A program made the translations under genes and the position numbers. The notes beneath the pieces are model-generated. The model saw only the letters and a program-made list of their open reading frames with translations, had not been told where the DNA came from and did not search any database. From Escherichia phage vB_EcoM-RPN187, in the sequence record OL770074.2: a stretch of 64,000 nt of DNA. One strand, given 5' to 3'. Shown here piece by piece: positions 30,306 to 43,948 of the stretch. Within the stretch, counting starts at the first letter, position 1. Every line of letters starts with the position of its first letter.

Positions 30306-31297
30306 TATTGAACCTTATTAATATAAGTTAACAGCTCTTTAGTTTGTTCCCAACTGATGCACGCATCGGTAACGGAAACGCCATAGGACATATTATCAGA
30401 AATTTTTTGATTTCCTTCATGTAGGAATGATTCTATCATAATTCCTTTGACCAAATCATTAGCTGCTAAATTTTTACCAATACCAATTTGATTGCTATAA
30501 CACCCATCAGCGTTTGCATGGCTACAGTCAACCATTACATAATGATTCAGACCTAATGCACTTGCTTTGTTAGAAGCTTCTTGAATATCAGAAGAATGAT
30601 AGTTCGGGCCGTTGGTCCCACCACGCAATACGATATGCGTATTCTGATTACCTTCAGCTTCAACAATGCCTACAGTACCATCGACGTCCATACCCATATA
30701 CCGATGAGGCCAGGCGGCACTATACATCGCGTCTGTAGCTACTTTAATAGAACCATTGGTTGCGTTCTTGAAGCCTACGCACATCGGTAGACCTGAAGCA
30801 ATTTCACGATGTGTCTGACTTTCAGTCGTACGGGCGCCAATAGCAACCCATGAGAAAATACCAGAAAGATACTTAATTGTGAATGGGTCTAATACTTCAG
30901 TTGCTAATGGAAGTCCCATACGTAGAAGTTTACGACACAATGTTCGTGCAACTATAAGACCGTGGTTCATATCAAAACTTCCGTCAAGATATGGATCATT
31001 TACAAGACCTTTCCAACCTACGGTAGTTCGAGGCTTTTCAAAATAAACGCGCATCACTAACAGAACATTAGGAAGACGAGTTTGAAGTTCAGCCAGACGT
31101 TTGCCGTATTCAACAGCAGCAATAGGGTCATGAATTGAACAAGGACCTACAACAATAAGTTTGCGTGGGTCTTCACCGTTCATAATCGAATTAACTTGTT
31201 CGCGATGAGAAGCCACTTGTGATGCGTAAGCTTCCGACAAAGGAATAATCTCAGCCAGTTCTTTTGGAGAAATAAGTTTTCTGATGACAGGTAACAT
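30305..31297 (-). CDS. 3-deoxy-D-arabino-heptulosonate-7-phosphate (DAHP) synthase, class I AroG/AroF-like
   Basis: 330-aa ORF; AroG-like motifs LIVVGPCSIHD, KPRTTVGWKGL, GARTTESQ, DCSHAN, ESFLHEGNQ, TDACI; SD TAAGGA; start overlaps cd stop. Confidence 0.85.
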   Translation of the reverse strand: MLPVIRKLISPKELAEIIPLSEAYASQVASHREQVNSIMNGEDPRKLIVVGPCSIHDPIAAVEYGKRLAELQTRLPNVLLVMRVYFEKPRTTVGWKGLVNDPYLDGSFDMNHGLIVARTLCRKLLRMGLPLATEVLDPFTIKYLSGIFSWVAIGARTTESQTHREIASGLPMCVGFKNATNGSIKVATDAMYSAAWPHRYMGMDVDGTVGIVEAEGNQNTHIVLRGGTNGPNYHSSDIQEASNKASALGLNHYVMVDCSHANADGCYSNQIGIGKNLAANDLVKGIMIESFLHEGNQKISDNMSYGVSVTDACISWEQTKELLTYINKVQ

Positions 31298-31417
31298 AAC
31301 AATCCTTAGGAGATATAAACAGATTCTGATTCAACAATACCTTTAACCGGATTAGACAGGCTAAGTTAGTAGTGCTCAGATTTATGACCATTCTCGATAG
31401 TAATTAGATAACTCTCA

Positions 31418-31654
31418 TTATAGTGTTCCATATACTCGAGTTGCTTCAACGAGACCATCACTGCCTAATTTAAGATTAGTAATTTGGTCACCATCTTTAG
31501 GATTAACGATTATGAGAAAAGAACGAGGAGATTCTTGAATAACTCGTAATGTTGCATCCTGGAAACGTTCAGACACTTTATTGATGAGTGTTTGAGCGAA
31601 TTCTTTTACTTTAATCTGAAATTCGTGTACTGTAATTGGATTTTCACTTAGCAT
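31418..31654 (-). CDS. hypothetical protein
   Basis: 78-aa ORF with early promoter upstream. Confidence 0.5.
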   Translation of the reverse strand: MLSENPITVHEFQIKVKEFAQTLINKVSERFQDATLRVIQESPRSFLIIVNPKDGDQITNLKLGSDGLVEATRVYGTL

Positions 31655-31673
31655 TTCTATTTCCTCATTTGTT

Positions 31674-31702
31674 GGTAGAGTTATAGTATCACAACTCCAC
31701 CA
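31674..31702 (-). promoter_or_regulatory. T4 early-type promoter
   Basis: minus GTTTAC-N17-TACTAT. Confidence 0.5.
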
Positions 31703-31714
31703 TGTTGTAAACCA

Positions 31715-31990
31715 TTAAATTGCTTTGCATTCAATTTTTTGTGAATCGAAATCAACTTCACATTGAATTACTAGATCAGCGTCAAGTCCAAACACAACAA
31801 TCACATGAGCCGAGCTTGGCAACAGTGTAACAGACACAGAATCCACTTGGTCTGGCACCAGCGTATTCAAAACGTAGAGTAGTTCAGAGTGGATCTTAAG
31901 CTCGGTGGCCGTATCCGGCTTATCAAAGAAATGATTTGCGATAATCTGACTAAAAACTACCTTTACAATTTCAGAATATTTAGGGAACAT
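31715..31990 (-). CDS. hypothetical protein
   Basis: 91-aa ORF. Confidence 0.5.
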   Translation of the reverse strand: MFPKYSEIVKVVFSQIIANHFFDKPDTATELKIHSELLYVLNTLVPDQVDSVSVTLLPSSAHVIVVFGLDADLVIQCEVDFDSQKIECKAI

Positions 31991-31997
31991 AATTACC

Positions 31998-32222
31998 TCA
32001 GTGCACAGTATTTACTTTAACTCGAACAACAAATCGCTCGGTTGGTTCACCTACAGGAACAAACTCTACATGATATTCACCTTTGTAACGAGTATTCAGA
32101 TCATTACGAATTCCTGCGAGTTTGTTGATTAATGTAGGACTCATATTAAGTCCCACTAGTTTACGAAGCATTTTGTATGCTTCATCTTCGATTTCATGAT
32201 GTTTATCGTACATAGTTTTCAT
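31998..32222 (-). CDS. hypothetical protein
   Basis: 74-aa ORF. Confidence 0.5.
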   Translation of the reverse strand: MKTMYDKHHEIEDEAYKMLRKLVGLNMSPTLINKLAGIRNDLNTRYKGEYHVEFVPVGEPTERFVVRVKVNTVH

Positions 32223-32393
32223 TTAACCATTCAATTGCCTGGTCGACGTTATCAAATATACTGCCGTCCAACCATTCTTCATGTTCATAGTCCAGCACAT
32301 CAATACCGAACCGTCCATTTACTAAAGGCCATACTACAAACAAATATTCTTTATGCTGTTCGATGGCCTCAATCACTTCATATAATCGTTTCA

Positions 32394-32394
<1 letters not shown>
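32203..32394 (-). CDS. hypothetical protein
   Basis: 63-aa ORF, acidic; ATGA overlap with pseT start. Confidence 0.45.
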
Positions 32395-33480
<1,086 letters not shown>

Positions 33481-33481
<1 letters not shown>

Positions 33482-33780
33482 TATTTTATTCCTAAGAAAA
33501 TTTCAAGAATACGAATGTTATGCTCGCGCCGGTCTTTATTAATTTCAGCAACGTTTTTATTAATTGACGTACTTCTAACGTTTGAAGAAATAAATTTAAT
33601 CATATGACTTTTGAGTTGTTGCAAATCCAACCCTTTTTCTTTAGCAGCTTTACGAAGAGCTTTACCTGCTTCATCTAGTGCCTTTGCTGCATCTTTGTCA
33701 TAATTGCCAAGTGACATTCCACGGCAGATATCAATATACTCATCAGACCGTTTGATGTAATTCTCTAGTAATGTTTTCAT
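33481..33780 (-). CDS. hypothetical protein
   Basis: 99-aa ORF, basic. Confidence 0.5.
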
Positions 33781-33808
33781 TTAGATTTCCTCAATTATCC
33801 ATAGGAGC

Positions 33809-33838
33809 ATTATACTCTGCTCCTGAGAGTTTGTAAAC
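33809..33838 (-). promoter_or_regulatory. T4 early-type promoter, -10 TATAAT inside inverted repeat
   Basis: minus GTTTAC-N18-TATAAT; IR ggagca/tgctcc flanks -10; near-identical to promoter at 61410-61439. Confidence 0.55.
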
Positions 33839-34062
33839 TATTTTACTAAAGATTCAATATACTCGTGAAGAGCTTTAGTCGCTACTGCCCACTTATTCTG
33901 ATATTCATTTTTCAGATTAGCACGAGACTGAACTAACAATCGGTCATTAGTCGGAGGCAAAGATTCTAATCGTTGAATCTGGCGCCCATAAATCATAGCC
34001 GCCATTTCAGATTCATAGATAAGCCCTTTAATGTATTCATGCTGTTCTTTAGTCATTGGCAT
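33838..34062 (-). CDS. hypothetical protein
   Basis: 74-aa ORF. Confidence 0.45.
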   Translation of the reverse strand: MPMTKEQHEYIKGLIYESEMAAMIYGRQIQRLESLPPTNDRLLVQSRANLKNEYQNKWAVATKALHEYIESLVK

Positions 34063-34343
34063 TTTTCCTCTTTTAAACCACTACGATAATAACATATCAT
34101 AGTCTTCTGGTCATGTACGTATCTTTTTACGTCGTTTAACCAGATACGAAATTCTTGAGAGTCTTCAAATGGCATTCCAACCCACGGATTACCATCAATA
34201 ACCTTTACTTGCCATTTCTGGTTATATTCAACAATAGATTCAGGCCATGGCGGATGTAAAGTTTCTTTAGGGCTTAAGGGCACATCCTGGGCACATCCGG
34301 CTAAAATGCCAATAGATAATACAACTGCAGTTAATTTAATCAT
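34053..34343 (-). CDS. predicted small lipoprotein
   Basis: 96-aa ORF; signal peptide with lipobox MIKLTAVVLSIGILAG-C. Confidence 0.5.
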   Translation of the reverse strand: MIKLTAVVLSIGILAGCAQDVPLSPKETLHPPWPESIVEYNQKWQVKVIDGNPWVGMPFEDSQEFRIWLNDVKRYVHDQKTMICYYRSGLKEEKCQ

Positions 34344-34696
34344 TCTGAGAGCTTCCTGAGGTCTTCTGCAAAGGAATCGAAGGACCTGTTGATTTGTTTT
34401 TCGACCAATCCTGGTTTACTTGCCACCACGTTCTTCTTCTTCGAATCCTTACGGAGCTTTTCATTTTCGGCCTTAAGTTGGTCAACTAAAACACGGTTCT
34501 TATAAGTCATTTCTTCGATTGACTGATATTGAACCTTGAAGTCGTCTAATACTTTAGCATTGTTTTTAGCAGTCTCTTTAACAGAAGCTAATTCATTATT
34601 CAACGAATCAACTTTGTTGTTTAAGACAACTATTGTTAGCGTAGAAACTAGAGCAAAAGCTGCTACCATAGCATAAATCGGATTTACTTTAAGCAT
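34340..34696 (-). CDS. predicted single-pass membrane protein with coiled-coil
   Basis: 118-aa ORF; N-terminal hydrophobic helix (AMVAAFALVSTLTIVVL) then charged helical region. Confidence 0.5.
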   Translation of the reverse strand: MLKVNPIYAMVAAFALVSTLTIVVLNNKVDSLNNELASVKETAKNNAKVLDDFKVQYQSIEEMTYKNRVLVDQLKAENEKLRKDSKKKNVVASKPGLVEKQINRSFDSFAEDLRKLSE

Positions 34697-35183
34697 GTTT
34701 TAATAATCTCAATGATTTCATCTCGGGATAATCCATTGATAAGAACGGTTTTCGGACCATCACACTGGATTTTGTACGATTCAAACAATACACACAACTC
34801 TTCTGCTGTATGATACGGACTTGAAATTCCGAGGCGATTGAATTTGTCGGTAAGAGGGTCGCAAATAATGTAGAATTTTATACCTGAGATATGTACGTTT
34901 GGTTGACTAATATTAATGAACACATTAGCGTCATATTTAGTCAAATTGTTTTGAAGAAATTCTACCATGGCATTAACTGCTTCCGGCATCGCTTCACGTT
35001 TCTCTTCGGTGTAACGTGTTGAATATTCCTTTTGCTTTAACTTCTTTTTAGCATTTTTCGCTAGAGTAGTACGAAGGTCCGTAAGATAACCAACTGCACG
35101 GCCTTTCTTAAAGACTCGGATTCCATCTGTAGAATCACCAAATGCTGCCACAACCATATCGTTAGTAATCAATTGCATATTCA
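34684..35183 (-). CDS. alc: Alc-like protein (host transcription termination on dC-DNA), tentative
   Basis: 166 aa from MNMQLITN (SD GAGGAG); T4 Alc is 167 aa and sits immediately downstream of rnlA. Confidence 0.5.
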
Positions 35184-35214
35184 TAATTTTCTCCTCGTGT
35201 TGTTGATAAAAGCC

Positions 35215-35244
35215 ATAGTAACACCTTCCTTGGTGTTTGTAAAC
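35215..35244 (-). promoter_or_regulatory. T4 early-type promoter
   Basis: minus GTTTAC-N18-TACTAT. Confidence 0.5.
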
Positions 35245-35246
35245 CA

Positions 35247-36380
<1,134 letters not shown>

Positions 36381-36426
36381 TCAGTTAGTTTTTTTAAATT
36401 GTACCACAATCCTTGTGGCATGTAAA

Positions 36427-36837
36427 CTACTTTTTCTTATGTTGGATATTCCAAGGCGGGTTGAACTTTTTGATAAAAAGCGGTTCTTCAAGGTCCATTG
36501 TTGCGATGGTCATTGAACCAAGTTCGTTGGTGACTGAAAGGTCAAAACATTGGCGGGCCCAGAATTCAACCTTTTTGCCTTGCATTAAGGCATCCAAAAT
36601 CATAAGTGATTTTCTTGAATCTGAAGTCTGGTCTTTTCGATTTATGGCTGTTCGATAATAGTTAATGCGTTTCTTTAAATTCTTGGTTTTACCAATATAC
36701 ACAAGCTCGTCATCTATAGCAATAGCGTATATGACATTTTTCTTATTAGGGACATCAACTGTTTTAATTGTTGCATCTTCTAATAGCTCCAATTCTGTAT
36801 ATTTAATAAAGGAATATTCGGCGGCAATATCTTTCAT
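36427..36837 (-). CDS. denA: endonuclease II (DenA)
   Basis: 136-aa ORF (T4 DenA 136 aa); GIY-YIG-like segment VIYAIAIDDELVYIGKT; position next to nrdB. Confidence 0.8.
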   Translation of the reverse strand: MKDIAAEYSFIKYTELELLEDATIKTVDVPNKKNVIYAIAIDDELVYIGKTKNLKKRINYYRTAINRKDQTSDSRKSLMILDALMQGKKVEFWARQCFDLSVTNELGSMTIATMDLEEPLFIKKFNPPWNIQHKKK

Positions 36838-36845
36838 AATAAAGT

Positions 36846-36859
36846 GGGACCGAAGTCCC
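36846..36859 (-). other. UUCG-tetraloop hairpin between nrdB and denA
   Basis: GGGAC-CGAAG-TCCC. Confidence 0.5.
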
Positions 36860-36863
36860 GTCC

Positions 36864-38054
36864 TTAGAAATATTTTTTGTATGAATTGATTACATTTTGG
36901 TCTACATCATTATCAATTTGTGCGACAAGATAAGAACTGATTTCAACTTCCTGAGGAGCTGCTTGAACTAAATCAGAGTTCAGATATTCACGAATCCAAG
37001 GATACGGATGCTTGGTCGGAGCATCAGTGATTGGGCAGGGTAAACCACACTGTTTCATACGAGACACAGTCAAGTAATCAACAAAAGCACACATACTCTG
37101 CGTATTGATACCTGGACATGTACCGTCTTTAAAGAGGTGTGCAGCCCATTCCTTCTCTTGACTATTTACTTCCATAAAAATGCCAACTGCTTCTTGTTCA
37201 CATTCTTTAGCAATTTGAACCCACTCATCACCGTCAGTACCAGATTGAAGTTGACGGATAATGTACTGAGTACCCTTTAGGTGGAGTTGTTCGTCACGAG
37301 CAATGAACTTCATAATCTTTGCATTACCTTCCATAATTTCCATATTTTTATGGAAGTTGAAAGTACATGCGAAAGATACATAAAAACGAATAGCTTCCAA
37401 GGCGTTAATTACATGAAGGCAAAGATAAAGAGATTTCATTAGCTCACGCTTCCAATATGTCTCATGCTCAATAGCATCTTCAATAACGTCTTCGTCTGCA
37501 TTAATTTCTTTTTGGTATTTGATATCAGCTTTAGCGTTTTCCCAATAACGAGTTTTAACCAGAACATCATCGTAATATTTACCTATTGATTCAGCTCGTT
37601 TCATGATTGCTTCGTCTAATACAATCTCATCAAATACCTTAGACGGATCGGTATAAAGATTTCGCATAATATGAGTATACGAACGAGAGTGAATAGTTTC
37701 GCTGAATGTCCATGTTGCAACCCACGTATCTAATGAAGGGTCAGAAATCAGTGCCATAAGTACCGCAGATGGGGCTCTGCCTTGGATAGAATCTAATAAT
37801 GATTGATACTTAAGATTGTTTGTAAAGATGTCCTGTTGGAACTGAGGAAGCTTATTGAACTGCGCAGAGTCCAACATCAAGTTTACCTCTTCGGGGCGCC
37901 AGAAAAACGAGAGCTGACGTTCAATAAGTTCTTCAAATACTCGATGTCGTTGAATATCATAACGAGCTAAACCTAATCCAGAACCAAAGAACATCGGTTC
38001 ATTCAAAACATCAACTTGTTGTGTGTTAAAAACTGTACTCATTATATTTCTCAC
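36864..38054 (-). CDS. nrdB: ribonucleotide reductase small subunit NrdB (intron-less)
   Basis: 396-aa uninterrupted ORF with class Ia R2 ferritin-like features; T4 nrdB carries a group I intron, none here. Confidence 0.93.
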   Translation of the reverse strand: MRNIMSTVFNTQQVDVLNEPMFFGSGLGLARYDIQRHRVFEELIERQLSFFWRPEEVNLMLDSAQFNKLPQFQQDIFTNNLKYQSLLDSIQGRAPSAVLMALISDPSLDTWVATWTFSETIHSRSYTHIMRNLYTDPSKVFDEIVLDEAIMKRAESIGKYYDDVLVKTRYWENAKADIKYQKEINADEDVIEDAIEHETYWKRELMKSLYLCLHVINALEAIRFYVSFACTFNFHKNMEIMEGNAKIMKFIARDEQLHLKGTQYIIRQLQSGTDGDEWVQIAKECEQEAVGIFMEVNSQEKEWAAHLFKDGTCPGINTQSMCAFVDYLTVSRMKQCGLPCPITDAPTKHPYPWIREYLNSDLVQAAPQEVEISSYLVAQIDNDVDQNVINSYKKYF

Positions 38055-38094
38055 TTAGTTTAACTCATCCATGAGTAAATTATAATCAAAAGTC

Positions 38095-40350
38095 TTAAAG
38101 CTTACAAGCAGAACAATCTTCAGCTTTAGGTGTTTCTAATTCATAGTCATCTGTACCTGACCCATCACGAGTGTTATGATAGTAGAGATTTTTTCCGCCA
38201 AAGTACCAGAAGTAAAGCAGATCGTCAAGCATTACTGACATTGGCACTTTACCTTTCTCAAATACCGCAGGGTCATAGTAAGTATTAGCAGAAGCAGATT
38301 GGCACACCCATTTCAACATGATAGCAACTTGGGTCAAATAAGGTTTATTACCTTTCTTAGCAAGTTTCCACGCGTAGTCGTAAAGACTCATGTTATGTTC
38401 TATATTAGGAACAACCTGACGGAAGTTGCCTTCTTTAGATTCTTTAATACTTACTGGACCGCGTGGGGGCTCAATCCCGTTTGTAGAGTTTGATACTTGA
38501 CTGCTTGACTCACAAGGCATGAGTGCAGACAACGTTGAGTTACGAATTCCATGTTCTTTGAGTTCAGCTCGAAGTTCTTCCCAGTCACAGACGTAGTTCG
38601 GGGCTGCGATTTGGTCAATCTTTTTATTGTACCAGTCGATAGGTAATTCGCCTCTAGACCATTTAGTGTCTGAATAATACTCGCAACATCCTTTTTCTTT
38701 GGCGAGTTTGATTGAAGCTTTGATAAGGCCATATTGCAATCTCTCAAACAATTCATGAGTCAAATCGTTAGCGTCTTCATATGAAGCAAAGTTAGAAGTT
38801 AACCATGCAGCATAGTTCGTCACACCAACACCGAGGTTTCGACGCTTTTTAGCTTTTAAAGCTTCTGGAACCGGATAATCTTGATAGTCTAACAGGTTAT
38901 CAAGTGCACGAACTTGGACTTCTGCCAATTCATTAATTTTATCTTGGTCTTGCCAATCAAATTTATCTAATACAAAAGCAGATAATGTGCATAAACCAAT
39001 TTCAGCATCAGGACCATTCACATCATTAGTTGGAATAGCGATTTCACAACATAAGTTACTCTGACGAATTGGAGCTTTTTCACGAATAAATGGAGTATAG
39101 TTATTAGTGTTATCAACAAACTGTGGATAAATTCGAGCGGTGCCAGAACGTTCAGTCATGAACAATTCAAAGAGTTCTAGTGCTTTGATTCTTTTCTTTC
39201 TGATTGTCGGGTCTTTTTCAGCTTTCTCATAAAGCTCACGGAATTTATCTTGATCTTCAAAGAACGAGTAGTATAGTTCGCCTGACATTTCGTGAGGGCT
39301 AAATAAAGTAATATAATCATTTTTACCAAGGCGTTCCATCATGAGGTCATTAATCTGAATTCCGTAGTCCATATGTCGAATACGGTTTTCATCCACGCCT
39401 TTGTTATTTTTCAGAACTAATAGGTTCTCTACTTCTAAGTGCCACATTGGATAATAAGCTGTAGCAGCACCACCACGAATACCACCTTGAGAACAAGATT
39501 TTACTGCAGTTTGGAAATGTTTCCAGAATGGAATAACACCCGTATGTCGAACTTCACCCATACCGATCTTAGAACCTTCTGCACGAAGCATACCAACGTT
39601 GATACCGATACCAGCTCGTTTAGAAATATATTCAATAATTGATGCTGAAGTTTTGTTAATAGATTTTAACGAATCACCAGCTTCAATAACTACACAACTA
39701 GAGAACTGACGAGTTGGAGTACGAGCACCTGCCATAATTGGGGTAGGCAATGAAACTTGATGAGTAGAAACGGCATCATAAAAACGAATAATATGTTTCA
39801 AACGGTCATGAGTTTCGTCTTGGTGTAAGGCCATACCAATAGCCATGATAGCAAACTGTGGAGTTTCATAAATCTTCCCAGTTGTTTTATCTTTAACTAG
39901 ATATTTTTCTTTAAGCTGCATAGCACCAGCATAAGTCAGGTCAAAGTCTCGTTCATGTTTAATCTGTGAATCGAGATAAATGATTTCTTCTGCTGAATAT
40001 TGAGACAACAACTCAGGGTCGTATTTACCTTCATTAACACAGTAAGAAATATGGTCGATAAAAGCAGGCGGTTCAAACTGCCCGTATACATCTTTACGAA
40101 GTGCAAACATTAATCCTTTAGCGGCGACATACTGATAATCAGGTTCTTCGACAGAAATCAAGTTAGCTGCAACTTTAATACAAATCTTCTGAATATCTTT
40201 GGTGCTCATCCCATCGACAAGATGGGTCTTAATTTCTTCGTATAATTCATATGGGTCGATTTGTGTTCCTTCACATTGCCAAGTTAAAACTTGAATAATT
40301 TTCTGTGCATCAAAATTTTGAGATACACCACTGCTCTTAGTTACTTGCAT
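38095..40350 (-). CDS. nrdA: ribonucleotide reductase large subunit NrdA
   Basis: 751-aa ORF (T4 NrdA 754 aa); C-terminal redox cysteine pair. Confidence 0.95.
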   Translation of the reverse strand: MQVTKSSGVSQNFDAQKIIQVLTWQCEGTQIDPYELYEEIKTHLVDGMSTKDIQKICIKVAANLISVEEPDYQYVAAKGLMFALRKDVYGQFEPPAFIDHISYCVNEGKYDPELLSQYSAEEIIYLDSQIKHERDFDLTYAGAMQLKEKYLVKDKTTGKIYETPQFAIMAIGMALHQDETHDRLKHIIRFYDAVSTHQVSLPTPIMAGARTPTRQFSSCVVIEAGDSLKSINKTSASIIEYISKRAGIGINVGMLRAEGSKIGMGEVRHTGVIPFWKHFQTAVKSCSQGGIRGGAATAYYPMWHLEVENLLVLKNNKGVDENRIRHMDYGIQINDLMMERLGKNDYITLFSPHEMSGELYYSFFEDQDKFRELYEKAEKDPTIRKKRIKALELFELFMTERSGTARIYPQFVDNTNNYTPFIREKAPIRQSNLCCEIAIPTNDVNGPDAEIGLCTLSAFVLDKFDWQDQDKINELAEVQVRALDNLLDYQDYPVPEALKAKKRRNLGVGVTNYAAWLTSNFASYEDANDLTHELFERLQYGLIKASIKLAKEKGCCEYYSDTKWSRGELPIDWYNKKIDQIAAPNYVCDWEELRAELKEHGIRNSTLSALMPCESSSQVSNSTNGIEPPRGPVSIKESKEGNFRQVVPNIEHNMSLYDYAWKLAKKGNKPYLTQVAIMLKWVCQSASANTYYDPAVFEKGKVPMSVMLDDLLYFWYFGGKNLYYHNTRDGSGTDDYELETPKAEDCSACKL

Positions 40351-40437
40351 ACATTCCTCAGTACAGGTTGGTAGACATTACTCCAAACGGGATAGTATTT
40401 ATCCCGTTAATTTATTATACACTTTTAAACTGAAGCG

Positions 40438-40692
40438 TTAATTATCCTCAGCAATAATTTCTTCGTATTCTTTAGGTGTCAAGACTGTGATATCGAAATA
40501 AACCAACGGTTCTTTTTCTATACCGTAACCACCACAAAATTCACGATATTCATAAATTCGTTCGTGTGAATAGCAAATAAATCGTTCACCTTTAACTGTG
40601 ATTTCACTATTAGGTGAAGGGATATCCAGTTCACTTGGATTTTTCATTTCAAAAATTGTGGTGCCATATGAATTAATAAAACGTAAAATCAT
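40438..40692 (-). CDS. hypothetical protein (nrdA.1 position)
   Basis: 84-aa ORF between td and nrdA. Confidence 0.5.
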   Translation of the reverse strand: MILRFINSYGTTIFEMKNPSELDIPSPNSEITVKGERFICYSHERIYEYREFCGGYGIEKEPLVYFDITVLTPKEYEEIIAEDN

Positions 40693-40693
40693 T

Positions 40694-42404
<1,711 letters not shown>

Positions 42405-42421
42405 TTTTATTTGATAGGGCT

Positions 42422-42451
42422 ACTATAACATAGCCCTATCTTGTTATAAAC
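42422..42451 (-). promoter_or_regulatory. T4 early-type promoter with -10 in loop of a 9-bp inverted repeat
   Basis: minus GTTTAT-N18-TATAGT; IR gatagggct/agccctatc. Confidence 0.45.
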
Positions 42452-42843
42452 TACTTTTTAAAAGTTTTTTGCAAAAGTTTGATGATTTCGTCGACGTTGG
42501 TTTCATCTACGATACAATGGATTTTTGTTACACCTAAAGTTATACCTTCATTAGTAGGTTGAGGCTTTACTAAATCTACCTCAGTAAAGTATTTGAACTC
42601 GTCAGGATAAATCTCAAAATAAGTTTCAATTTCACCACCAGCAGAACATACCGTACCATCTTCCATAGTTACACTTACTACGTTTGACGTATCGCTATCA
42701 TAATCAGGTTCCATTCCGTTTACAACAAAACTAGGCCCGTGAAGTTCAATCAATTTTAACATCTTAGCGTTATTGTGTGGTGCTTCTTGAACAAAGTCGT
42801 CTTTAAACAAAGGGTTAATGATATAAGATTTTCCGATTTCCAT
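42451..42843 (-). CDS. hypothetical protein (frd.2 position)
   Basis: 130-aa ORF. Confidence 0.5.
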   Translation of the reverse strand: MEIGKSYIINPLFKDDFVQEAPHNNAKMLKLIELHGPSFVVNGMEPDYDSDTSNVVSVTMEDGTVCSAGGEIETYFEIYPDEFKYFTEVDLVKPQPTNEGITLGVTKIHCIVDETNVDEIIKLLQKTFKK

Positions 42844-42872
42844 TTTGATTTCCTCATGTTGTTGATAGAACT

Positions 42873-42901
42873 ATAATATCACATCTAGGGAAGAAGTAAA
42901 C
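42873..42901 (-). promoter_or_regulatory. T4 early-type promoter
   Basis: minus GTTTAC-N17-TATTAT. Confidence 0.5.
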
Positions 42902-42933
42902 AACTTTTTTTGGCAATTTACAGATACTCAAAA

Positions 42934-42951
42934 GGGAGACCGAAGTCTCCC
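42934..42951 (-). terminator. CUUCGG tetraloop terminator after gene 32
   Basis: GGGAGA-CCGAAG-TCTCCC 7 nt after gene 32 stop, followed by T-run on minus. Confidence 0.8.
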
Positions 42952-42957
42952 GATTTA

Positions 42958-43860
42958 TTATAGACCAGCTAACAGGTCATCGAGGTCGCCATCATCAGAG
43001 GATGAGGTAGAGCTCATGAAGTCATCTTCAGTTTTTGCAGAACTAAAGGCTTCCATGTCTTTATCAAAATCGTCAAGGTCAGAAGCAACTTTATCTGCAA
43101 CAGAAGCTGCTGCGGCTGCTGCACCACCAAGAGCGGCAGTACCAAGAACTTGATTAAATTTAGTATTCAATTCTTCAAACGATTTGAACTTATCTTTAGA
43201 AGTCATTTCAGAAAGGTCAACCATTTGTTCGAACAATTCTTTCTGGAAAGATTCATCATCAATGTTTGGAATCGCAGATTGATTCAGGAATTTAGATTCG
43301 TCGTAGTTACTGAAACCAGAAACCTGTTTAACTTTCAGTACAAAGTTAGCACCTTCCCATGGGCAAGTTACATCAACAGGAGTTTCACCCATTTCAGTAT
43401 CGACTGCAATCATTGCATTGATTTTGTCCCAAATCTTTTTACCAAAACGGTATTTGAATACTTTACCTTCATTGTCTGGAGCTTGTGGGTCTTTAACAAC
43501 CAGGATATTAGCCCAATAAGAAGTTTTACGTTTCAGTTGAGAATATTCTGTTTTGTTTGTATTGTACAGATCATTTTTACTAATGTACTGACATACTGGA
43601 CAAGAGTCATAATCGCCGTGTGTAGATGAACAGGTTTCAATATACCATTTGCCGTTTTTCTTGAACCCGTGGTTAACAAGAATTGCAAACGGAAGTGCGT
43701 CATCTGTTTTTGCCGGCAGGAAACGAATTACCGCTTGACCATTACCGGATGCATCGAGTTTCAGCTTCCATTCACCTTTATCTTCTGAAGAGAAACCTTT
43801 GTTACCATTCAGTTTAGCCATCTGAGCTGCGAGGTCTGCGGTACTTTTACGTTTAAACAT
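42958..43860 (-). CDS. 32: single-stranded DNA-binding protein gp32
   Basis: 300-aa ORF near-identical to recalled T4 gp32; acidic C-terminal tail. Confidence 0.97.
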   Translation of the reverse strand: MFKRKSTADLAAQMAKLNGNKGFSSEDKGEWKLKLDASGNGQAVIRFLPAKTDDALPFAILVNHGFKKNGKWYIETCSSTHGDYDSCPVCQYISKNDLYNTNKTEYSQLKRKTSYWANILVVKDPQAPDNEGKVFKYRFGKKIWDKINAMIAVDTEMGETPVDVTCPWEGANFVLKVKQVSGFSNYDESKFLNQSAIPNIDDESFQKELFEQMVDLSEMTSKDKFKSFEELNTKFNQVLGTAALGGAAAAAASVADKVASDLDDFDKDMEAFSSAKTEDDFMSSTSSSDDGDLDDLLAGL

Positions 43861-43948
43861 TTTATTTGCCTTTATTTAGATTATTAATTAAATTTTACAG
43901 TTGGTTGCTACGACACTTATACCTCGTAGCTGGTATGTTTTATTTATA
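43861..43948 (-). promoter_or_regulatory. gene 32 5' leader: late promoter, hairpin and A/U-rich autoregulatory operator
   Basis: minus TATAAATA (43941-43948); palindrome gctacga...tcgtagc (43907-43930); 46-nt A/T-rich unstructured tract up to the ATG. Confidence 0.6.

Noticed and set aside
31298-31417. Possible 45-aa ORF in the DAHP-synthase leader
   Set aside because: Out of frame with and running into the DAHP synthase start, no RBS; region is better explained as 5' UTR and promoter.
43150-43629. 159-aa plus-strand ORF antisense to gene 32
   Set aside because: Antisense shadow ORF; gene 32 identity is unambiguous.
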